From assembly GCA_963706735.1 (NCBI GenBank), contig CAVPNQ010000071.1:3563-67562 (forward strand): a stretch of 64,000 nucleotides of DNA. The letters are read 5' to 3'. Made by a program: the position numbers and the translations under genes. Shown here piece by piece: positions 29,929 through 39,728 of this stretch; the first letter of the stretch is position 1; every line of letters starts with the position of its first letter. Source of the DNA: an uncultured Planctomycetia bacterium (GTDB lineage: Bacteria; Planctomycetota; MHYJ01; WSZJ01). Under the pieces are notes generated by a model that did no database searches, was not told the DNA's origin, and was given only the letters and a program-made list of their open reading frames with translations.

Positions 29929-30601
29929 CGCCGCCCGGACCTCTCCGCTCCGCCGTGCGCCGCTTCGACTGCTCTTCGCGCCACTTGCGGATTTCCGCGT
30001 GATTTCCGCCCACGAGAACGTCGGGCACCGGCATGCCGCGGAACTCGCGCGGACGGGTGTACTGCGGGTACTCCAGCCGCCCGTCCGAGAATGACTCGTC
30101 CTTCGGCGAATCCGGGTCGCCCAGCGCCCCCGGAAGCAGCCGCACCACCGCGTCCACGATCGCCATCGCCGCCGCTTCGCCCCCGGACAGCACGTAGTCC
30201 CCGATGCTCACTTCTTCCCACTTCATGCCTTCGACAATCCGGTGGTCCATTCCCTCGTAGTGCCCGCAGAGCAGCAGCAGGCTCTGTTCTCCGGCGAGTT
30301 CGCCCGCGAAGGCCTGGTTGAACGTCCTCCCCGCCGGGGTGAGCAGGAGCTTCCGCCCCGCGAAGCCGTTCGACTCCAGCCACTCCACCGCGCGGAACAC
30401 GGGCTCCGGGCAGATCAGCATCCCGGGTCCGCCGCCATACGGGCGGTCGTCCACCTTGTGGTGCCTGTCAAGGGAGAAGTCCCGCAGGTTGTGCAGCCGG
30501 ACGTCCACGATGCCGCGCTGGCGCGCGAGCCCGAGGATGCTGGCGGACAGGAATCCGCCGAACATCTCGGGGAAGAGCGTGAGGATGTGGATGGTGGGCA
30601 T
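29918..30601 (-). CDS. trmD: tRNA (guanosine(37)-N1)-methyltransferase
   Basis: VDDRPYGGGPGM, CGHYEG, SIGDYVLSGGE, YTRP. Confidence 0.97.
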   Translation of the reverse strand: MPTIHILTLFPEMFGGFLSASILGLARQRGIVDVRLHNLRDFSLDRHHKVDDRPYGGGPGMLICPEPVFRAVEWLESNGFAGRKLLLTPAGRTFNQAFAGELAGEQSLLLLCGHYEGMDHRIVEGMKWEEVSIGDYVLSGGEAAAMAIVDAVVRLLPGALGDPDSPKDESFSDGRLEYPQYTRPREFRGMPVPDVLVGGNHAEIRKWREEQSKRRTAERRGPGGATS

Positions 30602-30643
30602 GATCGGGGGGCGAAGGCGACGACTTTGCCTTTCTCCGTCACT

Positions 30644-30672
30644 TTGACGCCATCGCCGGCAAAGTTTAGCAT
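30644..30672 (+). promoter_or_regulatory. sigma70 promoter giving a leaderless riboflavin synthase mRNA
   Basis: TTGACG-N17-TAGCAT, ATG 6 nt downstream. Confidence 0.6.
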
Positions 30673-30678
30673 CCCGGT

Positions 30679-31296
30679 ATGTTCACAGGCCTCATCCAGT
30701 GCATCGGCATGGTCACCTCGACCGACATGCAGGCGGGGCGGCTGCGCCTCGGCATCGCCCTTCCGCCGGAAAACATGCAGGGCATCACGATCGGCGAGAG
30801 CATCGCGATCGACGGCGTCTGCCTCACCGTCGCCTCCGTGAACGAGGGCGTCTGCGAGTTCGACGTCGTCGGCGAGACGCTCAAGAAGACGAGCCTCCGG
30901 ACCGCCAAGGTCGAGTATCCCGTCAATGCCGAGCGGGCTCTCAGGGCCGGCGACCCGATGGGGGGGCACTTCGTCACCGGCCACATCGACGGCCTGGGCC
31001 GCGTCGAGAAGGTCGAGCGCGAGGGCGGCGACCTGCTGTACACGTTCCACTCGCCCCCGGAACTCATGCCGGAGATCGCGGCGAAGGGCTCCATCGCGAT
31101 CAACGGGATCAGCCTCACCGTGCTGCAGGTGCTCGAAAGCGGGTTCACCTGCACGATCATTCCGCACACGCTGAACGCGACGACCCTCGGCGACAAGACG
31201 CCGGGCGACCTCGTCAACCTCGAGACCGACGTCCTGGCGAAGTACGCGCGGCGCGCGATGGATGCGGCTGTGGCGAAGGGCGGTAAGGGGAAGTGA
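30679..31296 (+). CDS. ribE: Riboflavin synthase alpha chain
   Basis: MFTGLI N-terminus, GVCLTV, GGHFVTGHID, VNLETD. Confidence 0.96.
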   Translation: MFTGLIQCIGMVTSTDMQAGRLRLGIALPPENMQGITIGESIAIDGVCLTVASVNEGVCEFDVVGETLKKTSLRTAKVEYPVNAERALRAGDPMGGHFVTGHIDGLGRVEKVEREGGDLLYTFHSPPELMPEIAAKGSIAINGISLTVLQVLESGFTCTIIPHTLNATTLGDKTPGDLVNLETDVLAKYARRAMDAAVAKGGKGK

Positions 31297-31315
31297 CGGA
31301 CCGCGGGAACCGCCG

Positions 31316-32760
31316 TTGAGCGCGCCTCCGTCCCCCGTCGGCGCCCGGGCCATCGCCCTTCGGGTCCTCCGGGACTCCGACACGGCGCGCGAGTACGCTT
31401 CCGACCTTCTCGAGAAGGAACTCGAGGACGACCGCGTTTCGGCGCTCGACCGGTCGCTGGCGACGGCGCTCGTCTACGCGACGGTCCGGCACCGCGGCAC
31501 GATCGACGGGATCCTCGACGCCTTCTCGAAAATCCCGGCGGTGCAGATGGACGCCGAGATGCGCTGGGTGCTGCGCCTGGCCGCCTGCCAGCTGCTCTTC
31601 ATGGAAAAAATCCCCCCCTACGCGGCGCTGGACGAGGCGGCGGAGCAGGCGAAGCGCTACCGCGGGGACAAGGGGGCGGCGTTTGCGACGGGGGTGCTGC
31701 GCGCGGTGCAGCGGGCGATCATGAAGGTGGAACCGGACGGGGCGATGCGCGGGGCCGAGCCGGGGCCTGAGGACGAAGGGAAGTGGCGGCGGACGGTGGG
31801 GGAAGCGCTGGAGGCGAGGTGGCCGGACCTGCCGCACCGCCGGCTGGTGCCGATCCCCGGGGGGCGCCGGGCGTTCCTGGACCGGGATCTCTGGGCGGAC
31901 CCGGAGCACGACCCGGCGGCGTGCCTGGGGGGGATGTTGTCGCACCCGGTCTGGCTGGTCCGGAAATGGCTGACGAAGTTCGGGGCGGCGGCGACGGTGG
32001 CGGCGATGGAAGCGGGGAATGTGCATCCGCCGATGGCGATCCGGGTGAACGCGCTGAAGACGACGAAGGAGCGGCTGATCGAGCGGCTCCGGGCGGAAAA
32101 GGTGGAGGTGGACGAGCAGCGGATGCACGTCGCGCACACGGGGGCGCTGTGGCGGCTGGAGGCGTTCAAGGCCGGCTGGTTCGCGGTCCAGGACGACGCG
32201 GCGCAGCGCGTGGTGCCCCTGCTTCAGGCCCGGGCCGGGGAACTCATCGGCGACCTGTGCGCGGCGCCGGGGGGAAAGCCGCGCAGGTCGCGGAGACGGA
32301 AGCGCGGGTGGTGGCGGCCGACAGCGAGGCCGGGAAGGTGAAAGGCATGGCGCGGTCGTTCGAGAGGCTCGGCGCCCGCGCGACGGTTCTCCAGGCCGAT
32401 GCCAAGCACCCTCCCTTCAAGCGCGTGTTCGACGCGGTGCTGATCGACGTGCCCTGCTCGAACTCCGGCGTGCTCGCCCGGCGCGTCGAGGCCAGGTGGA
32501 GGCTTCGCGAGCGCGACATCCGGGTGCTCTCGCGGATCCAGCGGCTCATTCTCGACGCCGCGATCGCCGTCACGAAACCGGGGGGCCGAGTCGTCTATTC
32601 GACCTGCAGCCTCGAGGAAGAGGAAAACGGCGCGCTGGTGCGCGAGGCGATCCGCGAGGGGAACGGGCTCAGGCTGGAGGAAGAAATGCGGATTCTCCCC
32701 GGGCCCGAGCGGGCGTGCGGCGGGTATGCGGCGCGAATTCGGCTCATGGGCTCCCGATAG
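31316..32760 (+). pseudogene. rsmB: 16S rRNA m5C967 methyltransferase RsmB with -1 frameshift at ~32272
   Basis: NusB-like N-terminus and QD...DLCAAPGGK in one frame; IDVPCS and YSTCS in the -1 frame. Confidence 0.85.
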
Positions 32761-32825
32761 TCCGTGACGGGCCGCTTCCCCGCAGCATCTCAAACCTGAC
32801 AGAACCCGGCCCCCGGAGAAGGGCC

Positions 32826-33461
32826 ATGCCCCCCCCGTTCCGCTATTTCCGCGGCTACCCCGCCAGCTACCGTCGGTTCGTCCTCGCGCGCATCGGGTGC
32901 ACGCTGGGCTGCCTTCCGCTCACGCTGCTTCCCCTCCTCGCCGCTGCCGTGTACTGGAATGCCCTTCACGGTCACTGGCGCTTCGGCCCCACGGTCGGGC
33001 TAGTCCTGTCCGGCCTGATGTTCCTGTGGTTCGCGTGGATGCTCTTCAACCTGGGATCGAACCCGCGGATCCTGCCCTTTTTCGAGAAGCAGGTCGGCCA
33101 GACGGACACGTGGCTGAGCGGGGAAGCGCTGGCGAGGAACTGCCGGGCGTTGGATGAAGCGGCGGCGGCGCACGGCATTGTTCCGCTCTCCGCGTACGGC
33201 TACGCGGAAGCGCCGCCTGGGGAGGAAAGCGAGTGGCGGGACGCGTTCCGGGGGGTTGAAACGGCGAGGGGGCTCGCGCAACTGGTCGGCCGGCTGCCGC
33301 AGCTGGTGGACGATCCGGCGCAGGTCCAGGTGGAGCTGGAGCTGCTGGAAGACGCGCTGGCGAAGGCGAGCTATGGGGGAATCCGGTTCTGTCTCCACAT
33401 GAGGTGCTCGGATTTTGTATGTCCCGCAGAGATCACGGCGAGGAAGGGGAGTTATTTCTAG
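32826..33461 (+). CDS. Hypothetical membrane protein
   Basis: Two N-terminal TMs, GC3-rich frame, GGAG RBS. Confidence 0.65.
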   Translation: MPPPFRYFRGYPASYRRFVLARIGCTLGCLPLTLLPLLAAAVYWNALHGHWRFGPTVGLVLSGLMFLWFAWMLFNLGSNPRILPFFEKQVGQTDTWLSGEALARNCRALDEAAAAHGIVPLSAYGYAEAPPGEESEWRDAFRGVETARGLAQLVGRLPQLVDDPAQVQVELELLEDALAKASYGGIRFCLHMRCSDFVCPAEITARKGSYF

Positions 33462-33590
33462 CCTGGACCATTGTCGTTGTCCGTTGGAGATTGCCGCTTC
33501 CTTGTAGTTGTCACCTTGTAGTTGCCTTTTCGCTCCTCATGCGCCCCCATCGCATAGAATGCCCTTCCCCTCGCCTTTCCGGAGCGCGCC

Positions 33591-35636
33591 ATGCGCCGGT
33601 TCTTCCTCCTTGCGACGCTGTTCGCCGCTTCCCTCGCCGCCCTCGCTGACACCGTCGTTCCCCGCCAGGGGCAGGCGACCGAGGGAAGGGTCGTTTCCGA
33701 CGACGGCAGCGAGGTCGTGATCAACCCGTACTTCTCGAAGTTCAAGGAGTGCGTCTGGAAGGTCGTGAAGCTGCCGAAGGCGTCGGTCGCGCGGGTGGAC
33801 ATCACGCCGGAGAGCCCGTACCGCGAGTACTGGCGCCGGTCGGCGGCGCTGAAGGCGAAGGACGCGGCGGGCTGGGTGGAACTCGGCAAGTGGGCGAAGG
33901 AGAAGAAGCTCGACCCTGAGGCGAAGGAGTGCGCCGCGAACGCGCTGGCGGCCGACGCGGCGAACGCGGATGCGAAGTCGATGCTGGGAGCGGAAGCGGA
34001 CAAGCTTGCGAAATCGAGCCCGCGTCACAACAAGGACTTCGCGGCGCGGATCGCAGACTACGGGGCGCTCGATGCGGGGGACCGCAAGGCCGCCTTCGAC
34101 GCGATGAAGAAGGACTTCGCGACGACCCTCCCGCGCGAGTGGTTCGACCGCGTGGGGAGGTCGATGGCGCAGCCGAAGGGGTTTCGCAAGGAAGTGAAGC
34201 TGACGCTGAATTCCGAGAAGACCTCGGGCGTGTACTGCATCTACGTGCCCGAGGACTACGACCCGCTGCGCCCGTGGCCGCTGGTGATCGGGTTGCACGG
34301 CGGCGGACCGGCGGGGAAGGACGGCAAGGGCGTCGTCGGCAGCGGCCCGGACTTCTACCCGTTCCTCGACACCGACGTGCAGCAGCGCGGCTACATCACG
34401 GCCTGCCCGTCCGCGATCGCGGCTCCCTGGGCGTCTTCGGAAAACGACCCGCTCTTCACCTCCCTCCTCGCCGAACTCCAGATCCTCTTCAACGTGGACC
34501 TCAACCGCGTCTACCTCATCGGCCACTCCATGGGCGGCTACGGCACGTGGCACTTCGGCCCGAAGTACGCCGAGAAGTGGGCGGCGATCGCGCCGGCGTC
34601 CGGCGGCGGGCACAGCGGTGAAGGGAAGTTCGCGGACCTGGGGACGGGGGTGTACGTGTATCACTCGGACAACGACCCGCGGTGCGCGGTGTCGCCGGAC
34701 CGGGAGGCGGCGGAACTGCTGAAGAAGTCGCGGGCCGACTTCATCTACACGGAGCTGCCGAGCCGCGACCACGACTTCCCGCGGGAAGTCATCACGGACA
34801 TGTTCGATTTCTTCGACGCGCGGAGGCTCTGGGGGCACGCGGGCAAGCAGCTGGTGCCGCCGCACGGGCCGCGGTCGAGCTTCCTCGAGCGGCTGACGCC
34901 GGAGGAAGTGAAATACTTCCCGATCCAGTCGGCGGGGGGCGGGAAGAACGAGGTGAAGCTGTGGCTGGCAGACGTGCAGAAGGGCGGCGGAAACGCGGAG
35001 AAGGCGGCAAAGAAGATCGCGGACTCGGGGGACAAGTCGGCGACGCCGACCCTCGGCGCCTGGCTTTCGGACAAGCGGACGGCCGAGGATGTCCGCATCC
35101 TCTGCGCGACCGCAATCGGCGGGCTGAAGGACGCGAAGGGGATCAACGCGCTGGCGGCCGGGCTGCTCGACGACTCGCTCAAGGTCCGGAGGGCGTCCGC
35201 CGAGGCGCTCGGGAAGATCGGCGACCCCAAGGGCGCCGCGCCGCTGGCCGCGGCCGTCGAGGCGCTCGGGAAAACGTTCGACTCGAAGATGCAGGGAAGC
35301 CAGATGGATCTCGTGGACTGGGTGGCGCTCCAGGACCTGAACGCGACGTATGTCGTCGCGCTCGGCGCGATGGGTGATCCCAAGACTTCGCAACCTGTCG
35401 TGTCCGTCGCGATCCGCAAGATCCTCCTCTCGAAGATCACCGTCGATTTCGACCGCCAGGTCCAGGACGGCCCCGAGCCGTCGCGCCGCGAAGCCGCCGC
35501 CCGCATCGTCCCGGCGCTTCCCGGATTCAAGGAGCCGAAGCTCAGGGACGAGCTCAAGGCGATCCGCGAGGCGTTCGCGGGGCAGGGCGACATCCTGAAG
35601 GCTTGCGATGATGCGGAAGCGGCGATGGCAAAGTAG
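33591..35636 (+). CDS. Secreted alpha/beta hydrolase with HEAT repeats
   Basis: Signal peptide, LHGGG, GHSMGG nucleophile elbow, C-terminal HEAT repeats. Confidence 0.88.
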   Translation: MRRFFLLATLFAASLAALADTVVPRQGQATEGRVVSDDGSEVVINPYFSKFKECVWKVVKLPKASVARVDITPESPYREYWRRSAALKAKDAAGWVELGKWAKEKKLDPEAKECAANALAADAANADAKSMLGAEADKLAKSSPRHNKDFAARIADYGALDAGDRKAAFDAMKKDFATTLPREWFDRVGRSMAQPKGFRKEVKLTLNSEKTSGVYCIYVPEDYDPLRPWPLVIGLHGGGPAGKDGKGVVGSGPDFYPFLDTDVQQRGYITACPSAIAAPWASSENDPLFTSLLAELQILFNVDLNRVYLIGHSMGGYGTWHFGPKYAEKWAAIAPASGGGHSGEGKFADLGTGVYVYHSDNDPRCAVSPDREAAELLKKSRADFIYTELPSRDHDFPREVITDMFDFFDARRLWGHAGKQLVPPHGPRSSFLERLTPEEVKYFPIQSAGGGKNEVKLWLADVQKGGGNAEKAAKKIADSGDKSATPTLGAWLSDKRTAEDVRILCATAIGGLKDAKGINALAAGLLDDSLKVRRASAEALGKIGDPKGAAPLAAAVEALGKTFDSKMQGSQMDLVDWVALQDLNATYVVALGAMGDPKTSQPVVSVAIRKILLSKITVDFDRQVQDGPEPSRREAAARIVPALPGFKEPKLRDELKAIREAFAGQGDILKACDDAEAAMAK

Positions 35637-35685
35637 CCTGCATGAAAATCGGTGCCGCCTGTCCTGACCCTAAGGGGCAATCCTC

Positions 35686-36438
35686 GTGAACTCGTCCCGC
35701 AAGTACATCGTTGCCGCAAGCGCGATCCTGGTTGCGACTTGGGTGTCTTCGGCATCAGGGGAGGACGAGATCCGCGGCGGGAAGGAGGATCATGCGTGGG
35801 CGCGGTTTCACCCGGGGTCCTGGATTCGAATTGAGCGTTCCACCAAGTCTGGAAAGAACGAGTGGAAGGAAACAAGAACCGAGACCCTAATCAGCATCGT
35901 CGAGAAGGAATTGACCGTCAGGATCGAAACGAAAGAGAAAGGGCGTCCGGCCGAAACGAGGGAGGAGAAGGGAGCAATAGGAAACCCAGAGAAAGTCACC
36001 TGGAAGGAAATCGGGATGGAGTCGCTGAAGCTGCAAGGCAAGGAGGTCGAGTGCCGAGTACTCGAGCGGGACACTTCCAAACCAAAGGGCACCGTGCGCT
36101 CATGGCGGGGGATCGTCGACGGAAAAGATGTCCAATTGAAGAAGGTTTCTCATCAGAAGCGAGATGGCGGTGGCGTGAACGACTCCTCCTGGACGCTGGT
36201 AACGCTTCATGAATCAGTGAAAATCGGGGCCGATTCCATCGACTGCAGAGTTGAGGAAGTGCTGGAGGAGACCAAGGATGCCGAATCCAAGGTCGAGTCG
36301 AAAGTGAGCGGGCGATTCTGGCTCAGTGATCGAGTTCCCGGAGGGTTCGTTAAGTGGGAATCGACCTTCTCGCACGGGGATGAAGAGTCCCGGTCGACCG
36401 AGAGCGTGGTCGAATTCCACGTGGTGAAATCCGAGTAG
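35686..36438 (+). CDS. Secreted hypothetical beta-rich protein (lower GC)
   Basis: Signal peptide, HAWARFHPGSW, WLSDRVPGG; internal duplication. Confidence 0.75.
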   Translation: MNSSRKYIVAASAILVATWVSSASGEDEIRGGKEDHAWARFHPGSWIRIERSTKSGKNEWKETRTETLISIVEKELTVRIETKEKGRPAETREEKGAIGNPEKVTWKEIGMESLKLQGKEVECRVLERDTSKPKGTVRSWRGIVDGKDVQLKKVSHQKRDGGGVNDSSWTLVTLHESVKIGADSIDCRVEEVLEETKDAESKVESKVSGRFWLSDRVPGGFVKWESTFSHGDEESRSTESVVEFHVVKSE

Positions 36439-36494
36439 CGTCGTGTAGCGAAGGTGCGGCCAGCGGCGGGATCACCGAATAGAATGCCGCACTC

Positions 36495-37985
36495 ATGACG
36501 TCAACAGCCAAGCCAGCAGCTGACCTCGGATTGACCTCAGGTCCACCCGCGACGCCATCGTCCTGTTCGGGCTCCGCACGTTCCGCCCTCGCGCTCTCCG
36601 GCCTGTTCTTCCTCGTCTACGCCGCCTACGCGCTGACCCATCGCGGTTCCGCCCACCAGGACGCCGCGAACCATTTCGGCTACGCGCACGACGGCCTGAG
36701 GTCGCTGTCGCTGCTTCTCGACCCGTGGGGACGGCCGCTCTGGTCGGCCGCGCTCTGCCTCCCGGCGCAGGGCGGGCTGCTCGTGTCCCGCGTCTTCTGC
36801 GCGTTCTTCGCCGCGTGGGGACTGTTCGAGACGTGGCGGCTCGCCCGCCTCGTCATCCCCCACGCCGCGCTCCTCGCCATCCCCGCCATGGGCCTCCAGT
36901 TCCATTTCTTCGCGCTCGCCGGCGACAACATGACCGAGCCGTTGTTCGCGCTCGTGTTCGCGGCCGCGTTCCGCAAATGGATCGAAGGAAAGCTCGTCGC
37001 GTCGCTCCTGCTCTGCTCCCTCCTCCCGCTCGCTCGCCCCGAAGGCTTCTTCCTGGGCGTCCTCTGGGGCTTCTTCGTCCTCGCGTCGGCGCTCCCCGCG
37101 AAAAAAAAACTTACCTACCCGCTCCTCCTCCTCGCCGGCACCGCCCTCTGGTCCCTCGGCGGCCTCGCCGCAGACGGCGACATCCTCTTCATCAAGCACC
37201 ACTGGCCCGGCAACTGGGTCCCCGGCGACGTCTACGGCCGCGGCCGCCTCCTCCACTACGTCCAGCAGTGGCCCCTCTGGACCGGCGCCGCCTTCCTCCC
37301 CCCGTTCCTCGCCGGCCTCTGGGCCTTCGCCGCCGGCCGCCCGCGCATCCACGTCGTCACGTTCGCGTACTTCTTCCTGCTCCACACCATCCTCTGGTGG
37401 AAGGGCCTCTTCGGCTCGATCGGCTACCTCCGCTACTTCGTGTGCATCGCCCCGCTCATCGCGCTCTTCACCGCCGAGGGGATGCGATTCTGCGCCGCCG
37501 CGCTCGCCGCGTGGCGCGTCCCGCCGCGCTTCACGTATGGCGCGATCCTCGCCGGCGCGGCCCTCTGGAGCGCTTCCGCCTACGAAGCGCAGAGCGACGT
37601 CTACGTCTTCAAGGTCTACGAGGACGCGCGCGACCTCTGGCAACCCGGCCCCGCGCCCCGCATCGTCGCCGACGCCCACGCCCGCCACGCCCACTTTCCG
37701 GCGCCCTTCGCGCCTCTCCAACCCCCCACGCAGGACCTCGCCGTGCAGCAGAAGCTCTACGCGTCGTTCCCGCCCGGGAGCCGGATCCTCTGGGACGACC
37801 GCATGGGCGGCGGCTACTACGCGATGGGCGACCGCGAGTTCGAGGCGGCGGGTTACCGAGTCGCCGCGCGCCGCACCGTGGACATGGCCGAATTCCGCCC
37901 CGCGTGGTTCCGCTGGGGGCGGGCGGTTTGGATGGGGAAGGGCTGGCAGGAGCGGATCACGGTGACGGTGTACGAGCGGCGCTAA
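36495..37985 (+). CDS. Multi-TM GT-C-like glycosyltransferase
   Basis: ~11 TMs, MTEPLF, LARPEG, LRYF motifs. Confidence 0.7.
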   Translation: MTSTAKPAADLGLTSGPPATPSSCSGSARSALALSGLFFLVYAAYALTHRGSAHQDAANHFGYAHDGLRSLSLLLDPWGRPLWSAALCLPAQGGLLVSRVFCAFFAAWGLFETWRLARLVIPHAALLAIPAMGLQFHFFALAGDNMTEPLFALVFAAAFRKWIEGKLVASLLLCSLLPLARPEGFFLGVLWGFFVLASALPAKKKLTYPLLLLAGTALWSLGGLAADGDILFIKHHWPGNWVPGDVYGRGRLLHYVQQWPLWTGAAFLPPFLAGLWAFAAGRPRIHVVTFAYFFLLHTILWWKGLFGSIGYLRYFVCIAPLIALFTAEGMRFCAAALAAWRVPPRFTYGAILAGAALWSASAYEAQSDVYVFKVYEDARDLWQPGPAPRIVADAHARHAHFPAPFAPLQPPTQDLAVQQKLYASFPPGSRILWDDRMGGGYYAMGDREFEAAGYRVAARRTVDMAEFRPAWFRWGRAVWMGKGWQERITVTVYERR

Positions 37986-39640
37986 ACGCCCACCGCGGTG
38001 GCGTTTCCGCGGCGCGGCGACACGCCCGCGCTGAGCACGCCGGTCTTCGGGTCCCAGCAGACCGCCGTCACGCGCCCGAATTCCCACCGCCCGCCGATCG
38101 AGGCCAGGTGGCCGCGGCCGAGAAGCGACTCGAGCGTGGCCTTTTCGAATCGCCCTTCGAGCACCGCGCCCCCCGGCGTCGCCCCGTGCGGCGCGAACGA
38201 CGAGGGGAATGCGATCGAAGTCAGCAGCGGCGCTTCCGCCGCCTCCTGCAGCGTCATCCCCCGCGCCGCGATGTTGAGGAAGAACTGCAGCGTCCATTGG
38301 TCCTGCCCGTCGCCTCCCGGGGTCCCGAAGGCCAGGCAGCGTCCGTCGGGAAGCGTGGCGAGGGACGGCGTGAGCGTCGTGCGCGGGCGTTTTTTCGGAG
38401 CGAGGCGGTTCGGGTGGTCCACGAAGAAATTGAACATCTGGAGGCGCGTGCCGGGGGCGAACCCCAGCTCGGGGATCTGCGGGTTCGAGTCGAACCAGCC
38501 GCCGGACGGCGTTGCGGCGACCATGAGCCCGTCGCGGTCGGCCGCGTCCACGTGCGTCGTGTCGCCGGTGTGGGCCGTCAGCGGCTCGAAGCCGCGGTCC
38601 GCCGTACCCTTCATCCATGGAAGCGCCGTTGCGCCTTCGCCCGGCTGCAGGGTCTTCGACGCCTCCGGGCCGACCAGCCGGCGCCGCTGCGCCGCGTACT
38701 CGCGCGACAGCAGCCGCTCCATCGGCACTTCCACGAATTTCGGGTCGCCGTAGAACGCTTCCCGGTCCGCGAACGCGAGCTTCGCGATTTCGAGGTAGAG
38801 GTGCGCCCAGGCGCCCTCCGGCAGCGCCGCGATGTCGTCCAGTTCCAGCAGGCGCAGCATCTGCAGGAAGACCGGCCCCTGCGACCACGCCCCGCACTTG
38901 GATACCACGCAACCGCGCCAGTCGATCTCCACCGGCTCTTCCCAGCCCCCCGCGTACTCCGCGATGTCTGCGGCGGTGATCAGCCCCTGCACGGGCTCGC
39001 CCTTCCGGTCCGGCTGGGTTTCGCGGAAGAACGCGGCCATCGATTTGGCGACGCGGCCCATGTAGAAGCCTGCGCGGCCTTTGGCGGCCACGGATTCGAG
39101 GGTGCGGGCGAGGTCGGGCTGGCGGAGCACGGGGCCCGGCGCGCCGAAGATGGCGGCCGTGGCGGGCCAGGTGGCGAAGACGAGGCGGTTGGCGTCCATC
39201 GCCGCGCGGAGGCGGGCATCGACGGGGAAGCCGTCGGCCGCGAGCTCGATGGCGGGCTTGAGGATGTCGCGAAGGGGGAGCTTTCCGAACTTCTCGACGA
39301 GGAGGATCCACGCGTCCACGGTGGCGGGAAGTGCGGCGGAGGCGATTCCGTCGCCCGGGATGCCGGAGGGCGGGAATAGGTCTGCGTTCGCGGCGGAGGG
39401 CGCCCATCCCTGGCCGCTGATGGCGTGGGTGGATCCGTCGGGGGCGCGGACGAGGATGGGGCATTCGCCGCCGAGGCCGTTGAGGTGCGGCTCCAGGACG
39501 GCCAGCGCGAATCCCGCGGCGGCGGCGGCGTCGGCCGCGTTGCCGCCGCGCCCGAACATGCGCGCGCCGGCCGAAGCCGCCAGGTGATGCCCGGCAGCCA
39601 CGATGCCGCGGGAGGAGACGATGTCCGGGCGATGAAGCAT
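37982..39640 (-). CDS. ggt: Gamma-glutamyltransferase family protein
   Basis: GGNAADAA, GLGGE, GDTTH, RPRTTLTP, GTPGG. Confidence 0.93.
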   Translation of the reverse strand: MLHRPDIVSSRGIVAAGHHLAASAGARMFGRGGNAADAAAAAGFALAVLEPHLNGLGGECPILVRAPDGSTHAISGQGWAPSAANADLFPPSGIPGDGIASAALPATVDAWILLVEKFGKLPLRDILKPAIELAADGFPVDARLRAAMDANRLVFATWPATAAIFGAPGPVLRQPDLARTLESVAAKGRAGFYMGRVAKSMAAFFRETQPDRKGEPVQGLITAADIAEYAGGWEEPVEIDWRGCVVSKCGAWSQGPVFLQMLRLLELDDIAALPEGAWAHLYLEIAKLAFADREAFYGDPKFVEVPMERLLSREYAAQRRRLVGPEASKTLQPGEGATALPWMKGTADRGFEPLTAHTGDTTHVDAADRDGLMVAATPSGGWFDSNPQIPELGFAPGTRLQMFNFFVDHPNRLAPKKRPRTTLTPSLATLPDGRCLAFGTPGGDGQDQWTLQFFLNIAARGMTLQEAAEAPLLTSIAFPSSFAPHGATPGGAVLEGRFEKATLESLLGRGHLASIGGRWEFGRVTAVCWDPKTGVLSAGVSPRRGNATAVGV

Positions 39641-39672
39641 CCCTCCAGCTTACAGGACAATCGCCCCGTACC

Positions 39673-39711
39673 AAAAAGAACGGGCCGCCCTGCGCGAGCA
39701 GGGCGGCCCGT
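39673..39711 (-). terminator. Intrinsic terminator after porin
   Basis: 14-bp stem ACGGGCCGCCCTGC, followed by TCTTTTT on minus strand. Confidence 0.85.
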
Positions 39712-39728
39712 GGAAACGGCAGACTGTG

